In this document: positions 59,601-64,000 of the stretch, one piece after another
Position numbering within the stretch: position 1 is the stretch's first letter
How the letters are laid out: the number at the start of each line of letters is the position of its first letter
Origin: Lingula anatina
Taxonomy: Eukaryota; Animalia; Brachiopoda
Direction of reading: 5' to 3'
Assembly (NCBI GenBank): GCA_051362555.1
Contig: CM120640.1
Location: 39,286,788-39,350,787 of the forward strand
DNA: 64,000 bases
Program-made: the position numbers and the translations under genes
Notes under the pieces: generated by a model
What the model was told of the DNA's origin: nothing
Database searches by the model: none
The model's input: only the letters and a program-made list of their open reading frames with translations

Positions 59601-61516
59601 CATAACCTACATTACGAACCTGGGGCTTGTTTCATGAAATCTATTTTGTTAATTTTTCTCGTTTGCTATTTCTCCGTTTCAAATCCACGATCGAAATTTA
59701 GCGATGGCGACTGTTACGCCAATCGACTGTACACGCCGTCTTTGAGAGACCTGTCTCTGAACCATATCAATTTGCGTCTAATGACAGGCCTGTGTCATAT
59801 CGCAGTCATATTTGAGTTGTAAATCATATCTTGGTTGTTGTCGACTATTCCCATGACCAAGATGCTGCCTCGATTGTCTGTCGTTACTTGTTTCCTTTTG
59901 GTCATCCTAGTATCTGATCGCAGATCAAAACTTAATGGACAGCGGTCTATGGCTTAAATGGATCACGGAAGTTGGATGTATTTGTCTTTTAACACATTTT
60001 GGTGATATCACTAAGCGAAAGTTGACATTGATTCTAGGCCAGGTGTACAATGTATTTGTATGTAAAAACAGCATGATAGTATCTGGCCATAAACAGCTTT
60101 CACTACTTTGAGGCACGAGCATCAGATTTAATGCTTTGAAATTTGATCGTATCTGGTTTTATGGAGCACACAATAGGCGGTGTTTGCAGGGAATGGCCCA
60201 TTGCCGACGAATGTGCCTGGCGCTAGAATTAAATGTCTTTTTTTCTGAATTTCGAATGTATATTCAATGATATAATAGAATATAAAATAGTACTGTAAAT
60301 GAACGAAGCAACCTTGATATTGGCCAATTTTGGGCACCAGACATATTATGTATAGACTTTGTTTGCGCTGTGCATGACACTGACATGTAAAAATAAATTA
60401 GAGCAAGTCAGAGATTTTGGTTCAGATATTTGCACAATCTGTAACTCCAAAGCGGTCGATAAGCTTCCAATTTCTCTAATTCAATTTTAATAACAAGAGA
60501 TCGTCCATTAATCTACATTGTCTAATATATTTGTCCCCATTGTTTGATGCTGTAGGTCGCAAAAAGCTTTTGACTGCAAAGTTGAGAATAACTTGATGCT
60601 TCAAAATACCCTATTTATTTTACGCTTTTTATCAAGAACACACAAATGTACGTGCGTTTAGCCATTGACTGAGTATTAATTGGTGCGTGTAAACTAGCGG
60701 TAAACCTTCTATTGCATGACCTTTCCAATTTGTTTGCAGCAAACGTGTTTCATTGACATGTAGTTCTGTCACTGTCATCATAGTTGCACCTTTTCATTTC
60801 TTGCCTTGGCAATTCTCACTTCTTACACAGTTTCAAGGATTCAAGCCTCAACTGCGCAGTGGATATGCACATAATTCGTTTTTCTATGCTCACATATAGG
60901 ATGACATAATGTTAAAGTCTTTTTTATTATTTTCATTTATATATTTAAAGTGTTTCATCCCTTTCCAAAGAAACTTAATTTCTTTCTGTGTTTGCAAAAT
61001 ATACATTTTAAGGTGACTGAGTCGAAATGAAAATGAAAGATAAAAAACATTAAATCATTTACACACAATGACATTTTATCTTGCAGATGTTACTGTCAGA
61101 TAGCCACGCAGTCGGGGCAGGTTCTCCATGACTTGGGCGGGATTGCATCTTATGACGTCAAAACGATGCCCTGTCACGAGATGCGAGTGAAGTGTAGAAA
61201 GGACTGTGACGCCGCCATCCGGAATGCTACGACCACGCCAAGCGAACCCACCGTTCCGCTCAAGGGGTACTACAAGGGTAGAGTATTTGGGATGAAACTT
61301 TGCCGAGCATGGGACCAGCCCACCACCAACAAGGGACTAACTCTTATTTCCAAGAGTGAAGTTGACGAGTCTAACTGTGTTAACCACGTCAAAACTCGCT
61401 ACGGACATTGGAGTGCAAAACTCTGCTGCGGACACCATGAAATAAAAGTGAGCGATCAAATCTTCGTGGCCTTTGTCTGGAAGCCGCTGTGTGACGAGAG
61501 CATGATCATGATGTAA
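53902..61516 (+). CDS. Small secreted cysteine-rich protein (~180 aa, 10 Cys in the mature part), family not recognised
   Basis: Exon 53902-54014 (signal MDSKITTLLGIVSILLCVVLG, donor AC|GTAAGT, phase 2) joins in frame to exon 61087-61516 (acceptor ttgcag). Additional internal exons in the 7-kb intron cannot be excluded. Confidence 0.72.
55440..55990 (-). pseudogene. Decayed DNA transposase fragment, Sola-like
   Basis: Frameshifted minus-strand peptides in the expected order: QSVLC, KLFSY/NLT, CTIWSE, YDN..NK, HNELD..IER. These resemble Sola-type DDD motifs as recalled (DLQxVL, KLxxYNxT, CxxWxE, DNCxxQNK, HxExD..IE). Confidence 0.45.
56647..56682. repeat. (CT)n microsatellite
   Basis: About 18 TC units. 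Confidence 0.95.
57997..58138. mobile_element. ~140-bp inverted-repeat element (MITE-like)
   Basis: Left gatatcattaccctctaccag is the near reverse complement of right ctggttgagggtatgatatc. Confidence 0.65.
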
Positions 61517-64000
61517 ATAAATATCGACGGCAAAATTACTACGACTTCATTTAGTGTGACTGAAAGATCATGACGTCACTAGATGAGACGACAAAATGAC
61601 GTCAGTCAAGGTTACAATTTTACTCGACAGTTGCAGATAAAGAATTACAAAATGCTTTTAACTATGGTGAACTAATGGAGGTTTACCGTTGTCGAAAAAT
61701 AGCACTTTTATTTTTTTGTTCTTCATCATCGAATGCCAGAATTGGCGGCGGACTTAACGATTATCCAATTATTTCTACACATTTATTGACCTCGCAAATT
61801 TTAGGTAAAAATTCCAACCTTGACAGACATCGTTATTTAACTTGTGGCATTGCAAAATAAACCATGCGTATGCATACATTTGATTGAAGAATATTAAACA
61901 CAACGTAAATTATGAAATTGACCGGCTTATTGCAGCCCTTAGAATTAGTAGACGAATGCTTGATCTTTGGGTAGTGAATGAGATCTTGTGTATAAAATAG
62001 CATTGAAATAATGCTCAAAGGTCAAAATATTAGAAACAGACATGTTGCGATTCGAACGACAATGAAAAGGACAAAACTTCTGAAAACACCATTTCAACAA
62101 AATATGCTTCTTGGATTAGTTTCGTGAAGTGGATGTGTTAATATGCTGTTTATATAAGTATTTTGATTTCAAGGTCACTATTTTGTACAAACTATTTTAT
62201 ATTTAAATAATTGTACTTAGCCGCTGGAAAGAAAAAAAAAGATATATGTCTGACTGTCTTTTACTCTGTACTCGTGCAGGCATATATGTATGGGCCGAAT
62301 GCGTGTGCCTATCTGCTTTATGTTTCAATGTACATAATATGTAATCTCATAAACGTATGAAGTTATGCATTCTAGTCGAACGCATCGCTTCGCGAAGCAA
62401 GTCAATGTACATACTTAATGTGTGTAAAAAAGTGTATCTTCAAACAGGTACATATGGTTATTACAGGTGGCTTCAGCGAGTCGTAATGCATGTTATTCAG
62501 TTACAGTTTTGAATAGATGTCAGATTTTACTTATTGCAGGCAGATAGTTTTTCACTGAATGAAAACAGTAGACTTTTTGCAAAGAGAAAGTGGAATCTGC
62601 TCATAAACTGAGGACGTGCCATGAATGTACCAGATGTGAGAGACGACCAAGTGAAATATACCAGAGTCGTAATAAATAATCTTAATGGCTGAATGTTTAT
62701 TAGATATGAAAGAAGAGCACCAGAGGATGTATATTTAACCACAAGAATCAAGACTGCTGCTTAAAACATTCCCTTTGGCTGGAACTATTACTTAAATGTC
62801 CTTCAGTTAAGTCACACAGATGTGTTCCTGTATTGATTTACTTCATTTATAAAACAGCTTCACCCTGGATTTCATAGCGCATACCTGCCACAAAAGATGA
62901 TCTAATAATGGAGACATTAAATATATCTTTAAAATTAATGGCATCTTTGTAATGTTCTTTGAAACACAGGGTGAAGGAGTGAATGCCATGACTCACCATT
63001 GTAACTGTCAGATAAAAACCTTTTAGACTTCTAATGTGTTACATATAATGATGTACTTTGCTTTGCCATAGCTGGTTTGTGTTGAATAAAAAGCATTTCC
63101 AATTTTGTACATGCAGGCGTTGGTTATTTATCAGAGACACTTTTTTATGAAAGCATGGATAAAAATGAAAGTTTGCCATAGAAAAATCAATTTGGGATTT
63201 TGGGAGCATTTTGGAGTGGTTGAACCGTTTTGATCCATCTTACCCCATTTCCATTCTGCTGCTTGCAAACCCATTCTTCTCGCAAGCTTAACTCCCAGCC
63301 CACTCACAACTAAATTAGGGATGAACGAACCATTATGATAATAGCCAATATTAAACTGTATTGGCTCAATCCCAGTGAAACTCTCATTCTACAACATAGG
63401 TTGATCTAACTTCACAGTGACTCTTGCTGATTGCAATCAAATTAAGAGATTAACCTGCCTCCTCGTTTCCAACATACTCTTATAATCTCCAGCTTTTCTG
63501 TATGGAGGAGGCTTGCTAAATTGTTCTTCTGATTGCATTCAGCGAGAGTCCCTGCAGAGTCAGGTGGATCTACATAGAATGCTAATTTCACTGAGAATGA
63601 GCCTATGGTTACTTGAGAAAACAGTCTCACGTACTTCATTTTGTATTCACTTAAATTTACCATCATAAATAATTCTAGCCGTACATAACACAGTTTTAAT
63701 CAACAGACTTTATAAAACATCCTAGGTATTTTTCACAAAAGGAGCATATTGTAGTTCCTTCTTTTTTAGTTAAAAATACATGCACTTATAAATTTAAAGT
63801 ATACATGGAAGGCAGTATGATTTCTGGTGAGATACTTTTTTCATTGTCTCTTGTGTAATGATGATAAAAAAGTAAATAGAAACTTTGCTAATGAAACTAA
63901 ATGTGTGAAACAAAGGTAGAAAACAAAGTCTTCTTGAAAATGATTTACTTCTTATCATTACAATTTCTGTTCTTATAAGATGAAGATGGCAATGACGCTT

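Noticed and set aside
62520-63670. Coding-like composition near the window end (possible decayed Helitron or pseudogene)
   Set aside because: Interrupted by stops with no motif I can confidently identify; would need BLASTX.

Overview
Eukaryotic, AT-rich, intron-containing animal genomic DNA, probably a marine invertebrate such as a mollusc (inferred from gene and repeat style; not provable here). No prokaryotic operons, rRNA, tRNA or CRISPR arrays were seen. Reading GT-AG splice sites and exon phases by hand gives eight protein-coding genes, several of them fragmented or missed by the ORF track: (1) a ~1650-aa type I membrane protein with IgGFc-binding N-domain, acidic DxDCDG motif, TSP1, 22 EB-like Cys modules, TM and NPxY tail (+); (2) a long ~906-aa MDM2 family E3 ligase (-); (3,4) a head-to-head pair of acyl-CoA synthetase/ANL paralogs; (5) an uncharacterised coiled-coil/disordered protein (+); (6) an RNF215-like PA-TM-RING ligase (-) whose intron holds a 146-bp tandem array; (7) an NHL beta-propeller protein without RING/B-box (-); (8) a small secreted 10-Cys protein (+) whose intron holds a decayed Sola-like transposase. 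Best leads: clustered SUMO-interacting-motif-like sequences in the expanded MDM2 linker, the symmetric exon array with shared atypical GTAGGC donors in gene 1, the nuclear-receptor-site-rich 146-bp satellite, apparent gene conversion between the synthetases, and the orphan secreted protein. All gene models are manual predictions without transcript support.
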